DNA of 47,084 bases, taken from positions 1 through 47,084 of the forward strand of contig JAFSZR010000050.1 of NCBI GenBank assembly GCA_017459135.1, written 5' to 3'. This DNA is from Lachnospiraceae bacterium. Its GTDB lineage: Bacteria; Bacillota; Clostridia; Lachnospirales; Lachnospiraceae. The notes below the pieces were generated by a model. The model did not search any database. It saw only the letters and a program-made list of their open reading frames with translations, and was not told where the DNA came from. The position numbers were made by a program, and so were the translations under genes. Within the stretch, counting starts at the first letter, position 1, and every line of letters starts with the position of its first letter. Shown here piece by piece: positions 38,093 to 47,084 of the stretch.

Positions 38093-39391
38093 CTACGCCT
38101 TAAGTTCCTTGTTTCTTTTCATTCTTTCCGCTTTGTGCTTTTCAATTTCAAGATAAGCCTTTTTAACGGTAAGTCCCTGAACCAGCACAGTAAAGAAAAT
38201 GGTTGCGTAAGTAACATTTAAAAATATAAGATAGGTTTCATTCGGTAAAAATTCTGCAGTTCCGAGTGCAAGCGCAAGCGAAAGACCGCCCTTTAACGCA
38301 GACCAGGTCATAAGCGTAACATATTCGGCAAGATTATAATTTCCCGGAAGCTTTTTCATTCCCGTAAGGAAGCTGCTTATGGATACGCCGAAGAATCTTG
38401 CGATAATATTTATAACCAACGCTGCCGGAACAACTATATACACATACTTGCTTAGGCTTACATTTAAAACCAAAAGTCCTATCATTACAAACAAAACGGA
38501 ATTAAGTAAGCTCTCCACGATTTCCCAAAAAATCTTATATTGTTCATGCGGATCAATAACAGCAACTCTTCTTTCCATCTTTCCCATAGCCCATGAAAAA
38601 TACATACCGCATACAACGGATGCAATAACACCCGAGCACCCGAACTTCTCACATGTAAAATATACAATCGAAACATCAAGAAGTGAAATGCAGATATACA
38701 TAATCGGCTGATGAGTCAGCTTCATCAGTTGGAAGAAAAGAAATGAAACACCGAGAGCTATCGCAAACGCTCCCAATACCTCTCTCATCATAAGTACGGC
38801 AAAGCCGTCTTCATGACTCTTTATAACAAGTCCCCGTACAAAGATAAATAAAACGACACCGGTTCCGTCGTTAAAAAGCGATTCATTTTCTATAACCGAG
38901 CATACATTTTTTGAAAGACCGATTTTATTGAGTATTCCTGTTGCAGCTATCGGATCGGTAGGCGAAACCACACATCCGAGCAAAACGCATGTCCAAAGGT
39001 TCATATCAATGTGACACAAAGCTGCCACGGCGTAAAACAAAAAACCATATATAAATGATGAAATAAGTGTTGTAAGAAGTGCCAAAAGACTTACGGCACG
39101 TATATTTTCCCTGAATTTATACAGATTAACCTTACCCGCGCCCGAAAAAAGCATAAAGCAAAGGACTCCGTCGATAAGGTACTCTTCAAATCCAAAACTT
39201 CCGAGTCTTCCCAAGATATCGGCAAGAACGGTATTACCAAATACCCTGCTCACAAACAACAGCAGCAATGCGATAAGCAACGAAAAAAAGAGCACAGCGA
39301 TATCACTCTGCATATGAAATATCTTTTCATTTAATATACCGATTACAACGATAAATGCCAGTATAATTATCAGTAATGTAAAAACGCTCAT
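38093..39391 (-). CDS. CPA1 cation:proton antiporter (NhaP-like)
   Basis: SPTDPIA, ESLFNDG, LKGGLSLAL, VQGLT motifs; about 12 TM. Confidence 0.9.
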   Translation of the reverse strand: MSVFTLLIIILAFIVVIGILNEKIFHMQSDIAVLFFSLLIALLLLFVSRVFGNTVLADILGRLGSFGFEEYLIDGVLCFMLFSGAGKVNLYKFRENIRAVSLLALLTTLISSFIYGFLFYAVAALCHIDMNLWTCVLLGCVVSPTDPIAATGILNKIGLSKNVCSVIENESLFNDGTGVVLFIFVRGLVIKSHEDGFAVLMMREVLGAFAIALGVSFLFFQLMKLTHQPIMYICISLLDVSIVYFTCEKFGCSGVIASVVCGMYFSWAMGKMERRVAVIDPHEQYKIFWEIVESLLNSVLFVMIGLLVLNVSLSKYVYIVVPAALVINIIARFFGVSISSFLTGMKKLPGNYNLAEYVTLMTWSALKGGLSLALALGTAEFLPNETYLIFLNVTYATIFFTVLVQGLTVKKAYLEIEKHKAERMKRNKELKA

Positions 39392-39483
39392 ATCGTTCTC
39401 CTTTTTTCAAGGCTAATTCTCTGTTTAGCACCGATTATAACACACATCAACATATTTTAACAGCTTTTTTAATTATCCGGCAT

Positions 39484-40422
39484 TTATTCTTCGTCCATGG
39501 ATATAACTATCTTCTTATCAACAACGCTGACCTTGACTCTGTTGGTATCAATACCCGCAGCATCAAGCATATCTTCCGAAAGTTTTATTCTTCCGGCCTT
39601 ATCCAAAAGCTGGTACTCGTCATGACTGTCTTTGCCGCTCTTTTTCAATTCTTCGAAATCATATCCGTTTAATTCATCCAGCTTTTGTTTATATTCATCC
39701 TTTAATACCCGTTCTGTGCTTATCTTTCCGTCGGAAATCATAACCACTCTGTCAACCTTATCCGCGAGACTTAAATCATGTGTAACTATAATTATCGTTA
39801 TGCCAAGTTCTCTGTTTATTGCCCTGAAAAGCTCCTGTATCCTGTCCTTTGTTTTTTCATCTACTGCGCCCGTTGGCTCATCGGCAAGAAGTATCTTCGG
39901 TTCACTCATAAGAGTCATGGCTATTGCCGCTCTTTGCTGCTCACCACCCGAAAGCTCAAGCGGAAAGCTGTCCTTTCTGTTTTCTATTCCGACACGTTCC
40001 AGCAAAGAAAGTGCTTTATCGTAAGCCTCCTTTTTCTTCATACCGTTAAATCTTGCATATAACATAAGATTTTGCATTACATTAAGATAAGGCATAAGAT
40101 TAAGTATGCTTTTCTGCCATACAAACCCGATATTCTTTCTCCTGTATTCTATCATTTCCTTTTCGGAAAATGTGCTTATATCTCTTCCCTCATATAAAAC
40201 GCTGCCGACCGTCGGTTTTTCAAGGCCTCCGATTATATTAAGGAGTGTTGATTTTCCGCTTCCCGACTTACCTATAATCGCCATAAGCTCACCGGCTTTC
40301 ACATTAAGGTCAAGTCCCTGTAAGGCCATAACTTCTGTCTCATCCGTTTTATAAATTCTGACAAGATTATCGCATACTATTATATTTTCTTTTTCATTAT
40401 CGGCTGTTTTGTTTTCATCCAT
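39484..40422 (-). CDS. ABC exporter ATP-binding protein (LolD/MacB-like) with C-terminal AbrB-like extension
   Basis: GKSGSGKST, LSGGEQQR, LADEPTG, VTHD; tail LDKAGRIKL. Confidence 0.92.
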   Translation of the reverse strand: MDENKTADNEKENIIVCDNLVRIYKTDETEVMALQGLDLNVKAGELMAIIGKSGSGKSTLLNIIGGLEKPTVGSVLYEGRDISTFSEKEMIEYRRKNIGFVWQKSILNLMPYLNVMQNLMLYARFNGMKKKEAYDKALSLLERVGIENRKDSFPLELSGGEQQRAAIAMTLMSEPKILLADEPTGAVDEKTKDRIQELFRAINRELGITIIIVTHDLSLADKVDRVVMISDGKISTERVLKDEYKQKLDELNGYDFEELKKSGKDSHDEYQLLDKAGRIKLSEDMLDAAGIDTNRVKVSVVDKKIVISMDEE

Positions 40423-40464
40423 ATACGTCTCTCCTTAAAGCATATAAAACATGCTTTCTTCGCA

Positions 40465-41193
40465 TCAGATATCGCTTTGGTCTTCTTTTACAATTATACT
40501 CTTTTCCTCAAGATTTATAAGTACGTCTGCCATGTCCATAAGACCTTCGTCGTGTGTCGTCATTACTATGGTCAATCTTAAACGTTTTACAAGTTCCCTG
40601 AACAGCTTTACCACAACCAGCGCCGTAGTTGTGTCAAGTGCTCCCGTCGGCTCGTCAGCAAAAATGATTTTCGGTTCTTTAACTATCGCTCTTGCTATGG
40701 CTATCCTTTGCTGCTCACCTCCGGATAATTGGAAAGGAAAATGCGACGTCCTGTCAGAAAGGTCCACCAGAGCAAGCGTTTCTTTTATTCTTTCATCATT
40801 GTCCTTATATTTTCCCAAAGTTCGCAAAGCAAAATCTATATTTTCGTAAGCTGTCATCATCGGAAGCAGGGCCACCGACTGAAATACGAAGCCCATTTCA
40901 TTTCTTCTGACCTCTTCCCTTTGTACTTCATTAAGAGAAGACATATCCTTATCGTCAAATATAACTTTACCGTCATAGTCCGCATCAAGAGCTCCCATGA
41001 TATTAAGCAAGGTGGTCTTTCCCGAACCCGACCTTCCCTTTATAATAACAAGGCTGCCGGCACCGAGTTCAAAGCTCATATTTTCTATGACATTAAGCTT
41101 TTCTCCGCTTCTTAACGTAAAGCTCTTGGAAACATTATCAAGTTTTAATAAAATATCGTTTTCATTCATACCAAAAACCTTAATCCTCTCCAA
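40465..41193 (-). CDS. ABC exporter ATP-binding protein (LolD/MacB-like)
   Basis: GRSGSGKTT, LSGGEQQR, FADEPTG, TTHD; true start may be ATG 41169. Confidence 0.92.
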   Translation of the reverse strand: MERIKVFGMNENDILLKLDNVSKSFTLRSGEKLNVIENMSFELGAGSLVIIKGRSGSGKTTLLNIMGALDADYDGKVIFDDKDMSSLNEVQREEVRRNEMGFVFQSVALLPMMTAYENIDFALRTLGKYKDNDERIKETLALVDLSDRTSHFPFQLSGGEQQRIAIARAIVKEPKIIFADEPTGALDTTTALVVVKLFRELVKRLRLTIVMTTHDEGLMDMADVLINLEEKSIIVKEDQSDI

Positions 41194-43996
41194 GCTTTAT
41201 AACCTCGGTTATCTTAAGCCTCTTAACTATACTTCTGATAATCATAAAGCATACGGCAAAGGTCAAAACCAGAACTATGCCGAGTCTTATATAATCCCAA
41301 ACATCTATAAATATACCTACAGGAATATTGTGCTTTTGCGGGAGGTAAACGGCCGCAAATATCTTTATAAACAGCTTTGTCGTCAGTATTCCCGACAACG
41401 CACCGGCGGCAATACCCGAGAAAAGCACGCCCGAAACCTCAATCAAAAGCATACGGTTAATCTCATGCATCGAAATACCCATTGCCCGGTAGACTCCGAA
41501 TATTCCCTGTCTGTCACGCAGCTCGGTTATCTGATACAAAAGGAAGCCTATTACCGAAAACAATATGGACAGGATGAAATTAATCGTAAACAGACCGTTG
41601 GTTATCTGTATAACAGCTCGGCTGTTCATATCGGAAATCTCCTCTTCGCGACTCACATAATATTCCGTTCTTCTTTCGTCTTCGGAAAATCTGCTCCTAA
41701 TATAATCTTCGGTACTGTCAGCATCCTCACAGCTTATCCAAACCTCATAAGGCGTGATACCGTAAGTACTTATTGCATTTGCATAATTTATAACCATAAG
41801 ATAGTTTTCTTTTTCCTTGATATTGCCTTCCTCATCCACATAAGTTTCGTATTGCACAAACCCCGGAAATGCATCTACTATCCCGACTATTTCATAATAT
41901 GCCGTCGCATGAATATCCTTATCCTTAGCTTCCGGCGGCGAATATCTGAAGCATCCAATCGTATCACCTTCGCTTACCTCATAATACTCTGCGAGATTCC
42001 TTGAAATAATAACACCATTTGTTTTAAGAGCCAGCTTATTAAGATAATTGTACCAATGCATATCATTTAATCCCGATTTCAAACGAGCCGTCTCACCGAA
42101 TTCCCTGGTATTTATGCCAAGCATGCATACTCCCTCAAGCTTTTTCGCACCTATAACGGCTCCTGCCTTGTCGTCCTTTATGACACGTGTTACTGAATCG
42201 GCATATCCGTTTTTATTAAGATTTCCAAACACCTCATAATCCGGCTCTTCATAGCGCCAGCTCAAAGGAGGCACCATACCTGAAAGCTTTATATTCCATT
42301 TTTCTTTATATACAAGATCGGTTCCGACGTTGTAATTTATCCTCTCGCGAATATTTTCATTTACCGTTCTTGCAATATTTGCATTAAATATACTTGATGC
42401 TATGGTTACAACCATAAATATCGAAATAATATTGCTCTTCTTTTTATTTCTTATAACATATAAAAGTGCCGCGAAGCCCGCCGGCTTAAGTCTCTTATTT
42501 AAGACTTTATAAATACCTCTTAACAAATAGTTAATCAGCCTTATAAATATCAATCCGAGTGCCATCATAAACACGGTTGCCGATAAAAATATCATAGGAT
42601 CGAGTCCCTTGCCGACAAGCGTGTCATGTCTTAAAGTATCAAGCTGTTTATTAAAGTTATAAACCATATATATCGCAAATATCATAAGCGGTATATCCAG
42701 AAAATATCTTTCCCAAAACGAGCCTTTAAACCTTGCTATTTTTTTACTCTTTAAACTTATAACAGTGTCTTTATACGACATTACAACCGGTATAAGCTGA
42801 AGAATTGCCGACAACAAAACTCCCACGCCGGCATATAAAAATACTTCTTTGTTAAAATAATCAACCGTTCTTATATTTTTCGAAATACTTAAGAAACCGT
42901 CCACTCTTTTTGCAAAACCGTAAAGTCCGTATCCCAAAAGGATACCTAAGAAATATGCTATAGCTTCCAAAATAACGGTCTGAATCATATAAATCTTAAG
43001 TATTTCAAATGATGACAGTCCTCTGCTGTGAAGTGAGGCTATCTCCGTTTTTTCCGAATCGATTATTCTTGAAGATATCATGGATATAAAGATGATCAGC
43101 AAAAACAAAAGCGGTACGGCTATTACATAAAGTATTGTTTTGATATTTTTTCTTGAAATGATATATTGCTTTAAAACCTCACTCGCATTTTCCCGGAGCT
43201 TCTCATCTTTTCCATGGAACTGATTCAAATAATCAAGTATTTCATCGGCATTTTTCGGATTAACAAATCTGTAATCGACAAGCTCGTAGCATTCATATGT
43301 AACGTAATTAAAGTTAAACCTTTCGGCTACGGCATCAAAGGTTGCCTCATTTGTATAAATGGCAAGTGAAATCTCGGACAAACTCTTATACCATGAATAG
43401 TCATCAAAACTTTTCTCTTTTACTATTCCCTCGATACGAAAAACAAGTTTAGTCCCCTTTTCATCCCTGATATTTGTGAAGACTATTTCCTCACCCACAA
43501 CAAGATTATAAAAATCCATAAGTCCCTGATCGATAACACATGGGTAAACATCCTTATCCTTGTTTGCATCAAAGGCATCAAAGCCTTTCCCATAAACGGT
43601 TTCAAGCTCTCCGCCTTCAATATAGCTGATATCAAGATAACCGCCTTTATCCTTATATGATAGCTCTATCGGGCAGCCCTTTAATGTATATATACATTCC
43701 GAAGCAAGTCTCGGACAGCCCAGATACTTATCCCATGATTCTTCATAGCTTTTTACATTTTCCCTAAGCTTAGATATCTTATCCGTCTTTAATATATCAT
43801 TTCTTGACAACACAAAAGGAAAGCTTTCATTTTTCTCATAACTATCGTAAAATCCGTCATTTATAAGTTTCTCCATAGCTCCGTTTCCGTAAAATGAAAT
43901 AAGTGAAAAAACGGCAAGCATAAAAATCAGTCCGAGAAAAAGGCAGCTGTATAGCTTATATTTGTTTTTTATTTTTAATAATATAAATCCCAGCAT
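41180..43996 (-). CDS. ABC exporter permease, duplicated FtsX-type
   Basis: Two FtsX halves (EIASLHSRGLS, GVYRAMGIS) with large extracytoplasmic loops. Confidence 0.9.
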   Translation of the reverse strand: MLGFILLKIKNKYKLYSCLFLGLIFMLAVFSLISFYGNGAMEKLINDGFYDSYEKNESFPFVLSRNDILKTDKISKLRENVKSYEESWDKYLGCPRLASECIYTLKGCPIELSYKDKGGYLDISYIEGGELETVYGKGFDAFDANKDKDVYPCVIDQGLMDFYNLVVGEEIVFTNIRDEKGTKLVFRIEGIVKEKSFDDYSWYKSLSEISLAIYTNEATFDAVAERFNFNYVTYECYELVDYRFVNPKNADEILDYLNQFHGKDEKLRENASEVLKQYIISRKNIKTILYVIAVPLLFLLIIFISMISSRIIDSEKTEIASLHSRGLSSFEILKIYMIQTVILEAIAYFLGILLGYGLYGFAKRVDGFLSISKNIRTVDYFNKEVFLYAGVGVLLSAILQLIPVVMSYKDTVISLKSKKIARFKGSFWERYFLDIPLMIFAIYMVYNFNKQLDTLRHDTLVGKGLDPMIFLSATVFMMALGLIFIRLINYLLRGIYKVLNKRLKPAGFAALLYVIRNKKKSNIISIFMVVTIASSIFNANIARTVNENIRERINYNVGTDLVYKEKWNIKLSGMVPPLSWRYEEPDYEVFGNLNKNGYADSVTRVIKDDKAGAVIGAKKLEGVCMLGINTREFGETARLKSGLNDMHWYNYLNKLALKTNGVIISRNLAEYYEVSEGDTIGCFRYSPPEAKDKDIHATAYYEIVGIVDAFPGFVQYETYVDEEGNIKEKENYLMVINYANAISTYGITPYEVWISCEDADSTEDYIRSRFSEDERRTEYYVSREEEISDMNSRAVIQITNGLFTINFILSILFSVIGFLLYQITELRDRQGIFGVYRAMGISMHEINRMLLIEVSGVLFSGIAAGALSGILTTKLFIKIFAAVYLPQKHNIPVGIFIDVWDYIRLGIVLVLTFAVCFMIIRSIVKRLKITEVIKLGED

Positions 43997-44001
43997 ATAT
44001 T

Positions 44002-46284
44002 TTACTCCGTTAAAATTAAATCTCCTTCTTCAATCCCGTAAACAACTATCTTTTCGTCACTCATACTTTCCACTATCTTTACGTATTCCTTAACTATGTT
44101 CCCGTTTTCAAGTTTCCATACATAGTAATTTTTTCCGCTTTTTTCTTTATCCTTATTATCTGTTTTGTTTGTCTCCACATATATTGCCTTTGCCGGAACG
44201 GTTATAACATTATCAAGACAAACACTGTCAAATTCACAGCTTATACTCTTTGCCCCGGCAATTGCTTTTGAGATTTCTTCGTCAGTCTTTATAAAAAATT
44301 GTTCTTCATTTCCGCTTTTATACGGTTCGGAATGCGTTAAATATTGCTTATCTTCCTTGGTAAACAGATATTTTTTATCGGCATAACCGTTTTTTCCGAA
44401 GCAATCAATTTCGTACTTCTTTCCGTCGATTTCAAGGCTTACCTTACTTCCCAACGAAGCCGATACACCATTAAGATCCGGCAAAGCATTTTTATTTACC
44501 ATTACTTTGTACAGATTGTCAGCAGGCCTTACCACCGAATATATAAAGTCTCCGCTGCCTACAGGATCCGACTTTGAAACACCTATATATCCTATCTTTC
44601 CGTCAGCTTCCGAAAAGGAAGTATATCCTCCGTTTCCCTGCTTGCTTAAAAGAGCATATTCATTACTGAGGCTCTTCTTTTCACTTTCATAAGAAGCCGC
44701 CTCTTTACTCCTTTCTTCCGCTATTATTTCAAGCTCGACTTTCAGCTGTTCATCCTTATACAGATAATCCTCCAAAGCATCCGTTTCCGATGCGACCGGA
44801 GCCTCTTCATTATAATAAGCCGAAAGCTCATCATTTACTTCCTTTTCTCTTTTGTCAAAATCCTTTACGGCATTTTCATGTTCGGTATCCGCCGATGCCA
44901 TAAGCGTTCTAAGCTCTGTAAGCCTTGCCGTACCTGATGCATTATCTATAAGGCATACCGCAGTGCCGGTTTTAACTTCATCATTTACGGAAAGATAAAT
45001 ATCCGAAACTACACCGCCTGCTCCTGCTGTTACGGCCACAGTATCATTTTCAAGAGGCGTGATGATGTCGGTTTTATAGCTTTCCCTGTACTCTCCTCTT
45101 TTTACGGTCTGTCCGGTATACTCAACAGGAACTACTGATTCGGAAGCATAATATACAAGCTCGCCCTCGGACAAGCCTTCCGTCACCTCAACATAATAAT
45201 CATCGGCAACTCCCGTCTTTATATCTCTTCTTTCAAGCTCATAATCATCTCTTCCGTCAATTTCCCTGCATACATATACAAATGTTCCCACATCATCCTT
45301 ATTGATAGAATCAAGCCCTACCGCAAGAACCTTCTTTGATTTATTTTTTTCAAAATATAATATAAGATTATCTCCTGCTTTGATTTTTTTGTTTTCAGAC
45401 TCATCACTCAGCTTAAATCTTGCACACGGATATTCCTTAAGAGTCGAGGCATAGCTAACCTCAGGACTTTCATATTCGTATTCGCTTATATCAATTCTTT
45501 TTCCGTTTTGATATGTATATTTTTCTTCATAGTCCTTGAACTTATATTTATTTATATTAAGCTCCGGTGATTCTATATAAAGATTTTCAAAATCGGATAT
45601 CACGGCTATATTTTCATTAAAGGATGCTGTCGGCTTTGCGGTAATATCCTTTATAAATGTTACAGTTCCGCTGCATGGTGCCGTAAATGTCAAATCATTT
45701 TTTTCCGACTTTAAAGTATTTATTTCCTTCGCAAGCTTATCTATATCGGCATTCTTGACTTCCTCATTGTATCTTTTATTTTCCTGAAGTATAACTATTT
45801 CCGTATTAATCGCAGCGACATTTATCGCATTTCCTACCTGTTCTGCCGCATCTCTTTTATATTCGAGCTGTTTAATCTCTTCATCCGCAATGTTATTGTC
45901 ACTTTGAAGTTCTGACACAATTGCATTTTTTTCATCCTCCTTAGCGGCTATCTCACGTTCATAAAAAGTTGTATCACCATAAGCCACCACATCTCCCTTA
46001 TTTACGTAATCACCTATATTTACGGCAAAGCCCTTTATCAATGCACTTTTCCTGCTAACAACAAAGGATTGCTCCGGGACAACCACACCCATAAGGCTCT
46101 CAACTCTGGCAACATTTCTGTATGATATCGGGCGCATAGTCGTTATCTTTGATGCAGGCTCCAGAAGCTCAGGTGCCTCTTCCTTCACATCCCCGCATCC
46201 TCCGATACAAAAGGATATGATAAATGCACAGGCAAGAGCTATGATGCGCTTATATTTTTTATTTTGAGCTTTAACTAATCCCAT
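44002..46284 (-). CDS. Probable lipoprotein with two tandem membrane-fusion (periplasmic adaptor) modules
   Basis: Hydrophobic signal ending IGGC; two lipoyl/coiled-coil units (GDYVNKGDVV...APCSGTV; NDEVKTGTAV...EADGKI), ending GLSEGE and GIEEGD. Confidence 0.8.
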   Translation of the reverse strand: MGLVKAQNKKYKRIIALACAFIISFCIGGCGDVKEEAPELLEPASKITTMRPISYRNVARVESLMGVVVPEQSFVVSRKSALIKGFAVNIGDYVNKGDVVAYGDTTFYEREIAAKEDEKNAIVSELQSDNNIADEEIKQLEYKRDAAEQVGNAINVAAINTEIVILQENKRYNEEVKNADIDKLAKEINTLKSEKNDLTFTAPCSGTVTFIKDITAKPTASFNENIAVISDFENLYIESPELNINKYKFKDYEEKYTYQNGKRIDISEYEYESPEVSYASTLKEYPCARFKLSDESENKKIKAGDNLILYFEKNKSKKVLAVGLDSINKDDVGTFVYVCREIDGRDDYELERRDIKTGVADDYYVEVTEGLSEGELVYYASESVVPVEYTGQTVKRGEYRESYKTDIITPLENDTVAVTAGAGGVVSDIYLSVNDEVKTGTAVCLIDNASGTARLTELRTLMASADTEHENAVKDFDKREKEVNDELSAYYNEEAPVASETDALEDYLYKDEQLKVELEIIAEERSKEAASYESEKKSLSNEYALLSKQGNGGYTSFSEADGKIGYIGVSKSDPVGSGDFIYSVVRPADNLYKVMVNKNALPDLNGVSASLGSKVSLEIDGKKYEIDCFGKNGYADKKYLFTKEDKQYLTHSEPYKSGNEEQFFIKTDEEISKAIAGAKSISCEFDSVCLDNVITVPAKAIYVETNKTDNKDKEKSGKNYYVWKLENGNIVKEYVKIVESMSDEKIVVYGIEEGDLILTE

Positions 46285-47084
46285 AGTTCTACCTCATCTC
46301 CCTCGGAAAGACCCGACTTTATTACAATCATATCGTCTATATGATCTCCGACAGTGACCTCTCTTGCTTCTCTTGATCCATCTTCATTATATAAATACAC
46401 ATAGCTGTGTCCGTTCTCTTCAAACACGGCCGAAGCATTTACGCACAATACCCCGCTAAGCTTTGGCTTTTGTATGGTAAGTGTAAGATCTTTTTCGGAT
46501 ATTACCGATCTGCTGTTTTCTTCCGATTCGAAAACTATCTTTGTTTTTTTACCGTCGGTTGTAACCTCTGAAGCCACAAGTTCGTACTTTGTCATATCAT
46601 TTTCGATTGAAACCACGTCACCCTCTTTTATATCTATATCTTCCTCTGTTTCCGCAAAATAATTCTCGCTGCTTGAGTATGCCTTGATAAGCACCTCGCC
46701 TATGACGGCAAAATTATCATACAGATATGGATTAACATAGCTTATAATTCCGTCTTTATCCGCTCTTACATTAACCTCTTCATAAAGAGCATTTATATCG
46801 GCAATATATGCATCCGCGATAACCATATCCTGATTGAGACTGTCTATTTCGCTTTGATAATTATAAGAATTATCAAGCTCTGCCAAGCGCTTATAATGTT
46901 CTATGGCAAGCTGATCCTTTTCCTTTTTATCCTCATATGAGGCAAGCTCTTTTTCAAGCTCCTCGGATTTAAAGGACACAAGCAAATCTCCGGCTTTAAC
47001 ATAATGCCCGTTATCTACCCACAGTCTGTCCATGGTAAAATTATAAGCTTCCAGTCTGAGCCATGTCTTTTGATCGATTCTGTA
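46275..47084 (-). CDS. Membrane-fusion/efflux adaptor protein (5' end outside the window)
   Basis: VKAGDLL, ADKDGII, VTVG...SGLSEGDEV; frame is open for 17 codons upstream of ATG 47033 to the window edge. Confidence 0.85.
   Translation of the reverse strand, partial: YRIDQKTWLRLEAYNFTMDRLWVDNGHYVKAGDLLVSFKSEELEKELASYEDKKEKDQLAIEHYKRLAELDNSYNYQSEIDSLNQDMVIADAYIADINALYEEVNVRADKDGIISYVNPYLYDNFAVIGEVLIKAYSSSENYFAETEEDIDIKEGDVVSIENDMTKYELVASEVTTDGKKTKIVFESEENSRSVISEKDLTLTIQKPKLSGVLCVNASAVFEENGHSYVYLYNEDGSREAREVTVGDHIDDMIVIKSGLSEGDEVELWD

Noticed and set aside
40997-42004. 335-aa plus-strand ORF
   Set aside because: Antisense shadow of the permease and ATPase genes with no recognisable motifs
1796-46662. 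Other short ORF-track entries overlapping long genes (e.g. 3878..4444, 23640..24080, 29202..29675, 35650..36171)
   Set aside because: Antisense or off-frame shadows of well-supported genes with no motifs

Overview
AT-rich chromosomal window from a Firmicutes/Clostridia bacterium; gene content and style suggest Lachnospiraceae (inference). Standard genetic code, mostly minus strand. In order: a phosphorelay/c-di-GMP cluster (receiver protein, Hpt, REC-GGDEF-EAL, a collapsed permease-kinase pseudogene, PAS hybrid kinase); an accessory block downstream of rlmD (FliD-like protein, LytTR/GHKL pair, HTH-DUF3990 plus partner, serine hydrolase); housekeeping genes (rlmD, YfcE-like, rdgB, C1A peptidase, RlmL-type methylase, rhodanese, cmk-like); an uncalled 48-aa Asn/Gln-rich ORF; two convergent secreted proteins; AAA/PD-(D/E)XK protein, pgi, PdaA-like deacetylase, murG, trkA with a CPA1 antiporter; and an ABC exporter operon with several adaptor domains. 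Most notable: (1) the two unrelated secreted proteins end in the same 100-aa, 4-Cys aromatic C-terminal domain (71/100 identical by manual alignment), a candidate new surface-anchoring/sorting module; (2) a ~2497-codon adhesin split only by one in-frame TGA at a likely Trp position; (3) two related, covarying nested-palindrome elements (about 150 and 310 bp). No tRNA, rRNA, CRISPR array, integrase or transposase was recognised. All family assignments come from motif recognition, not database searches.
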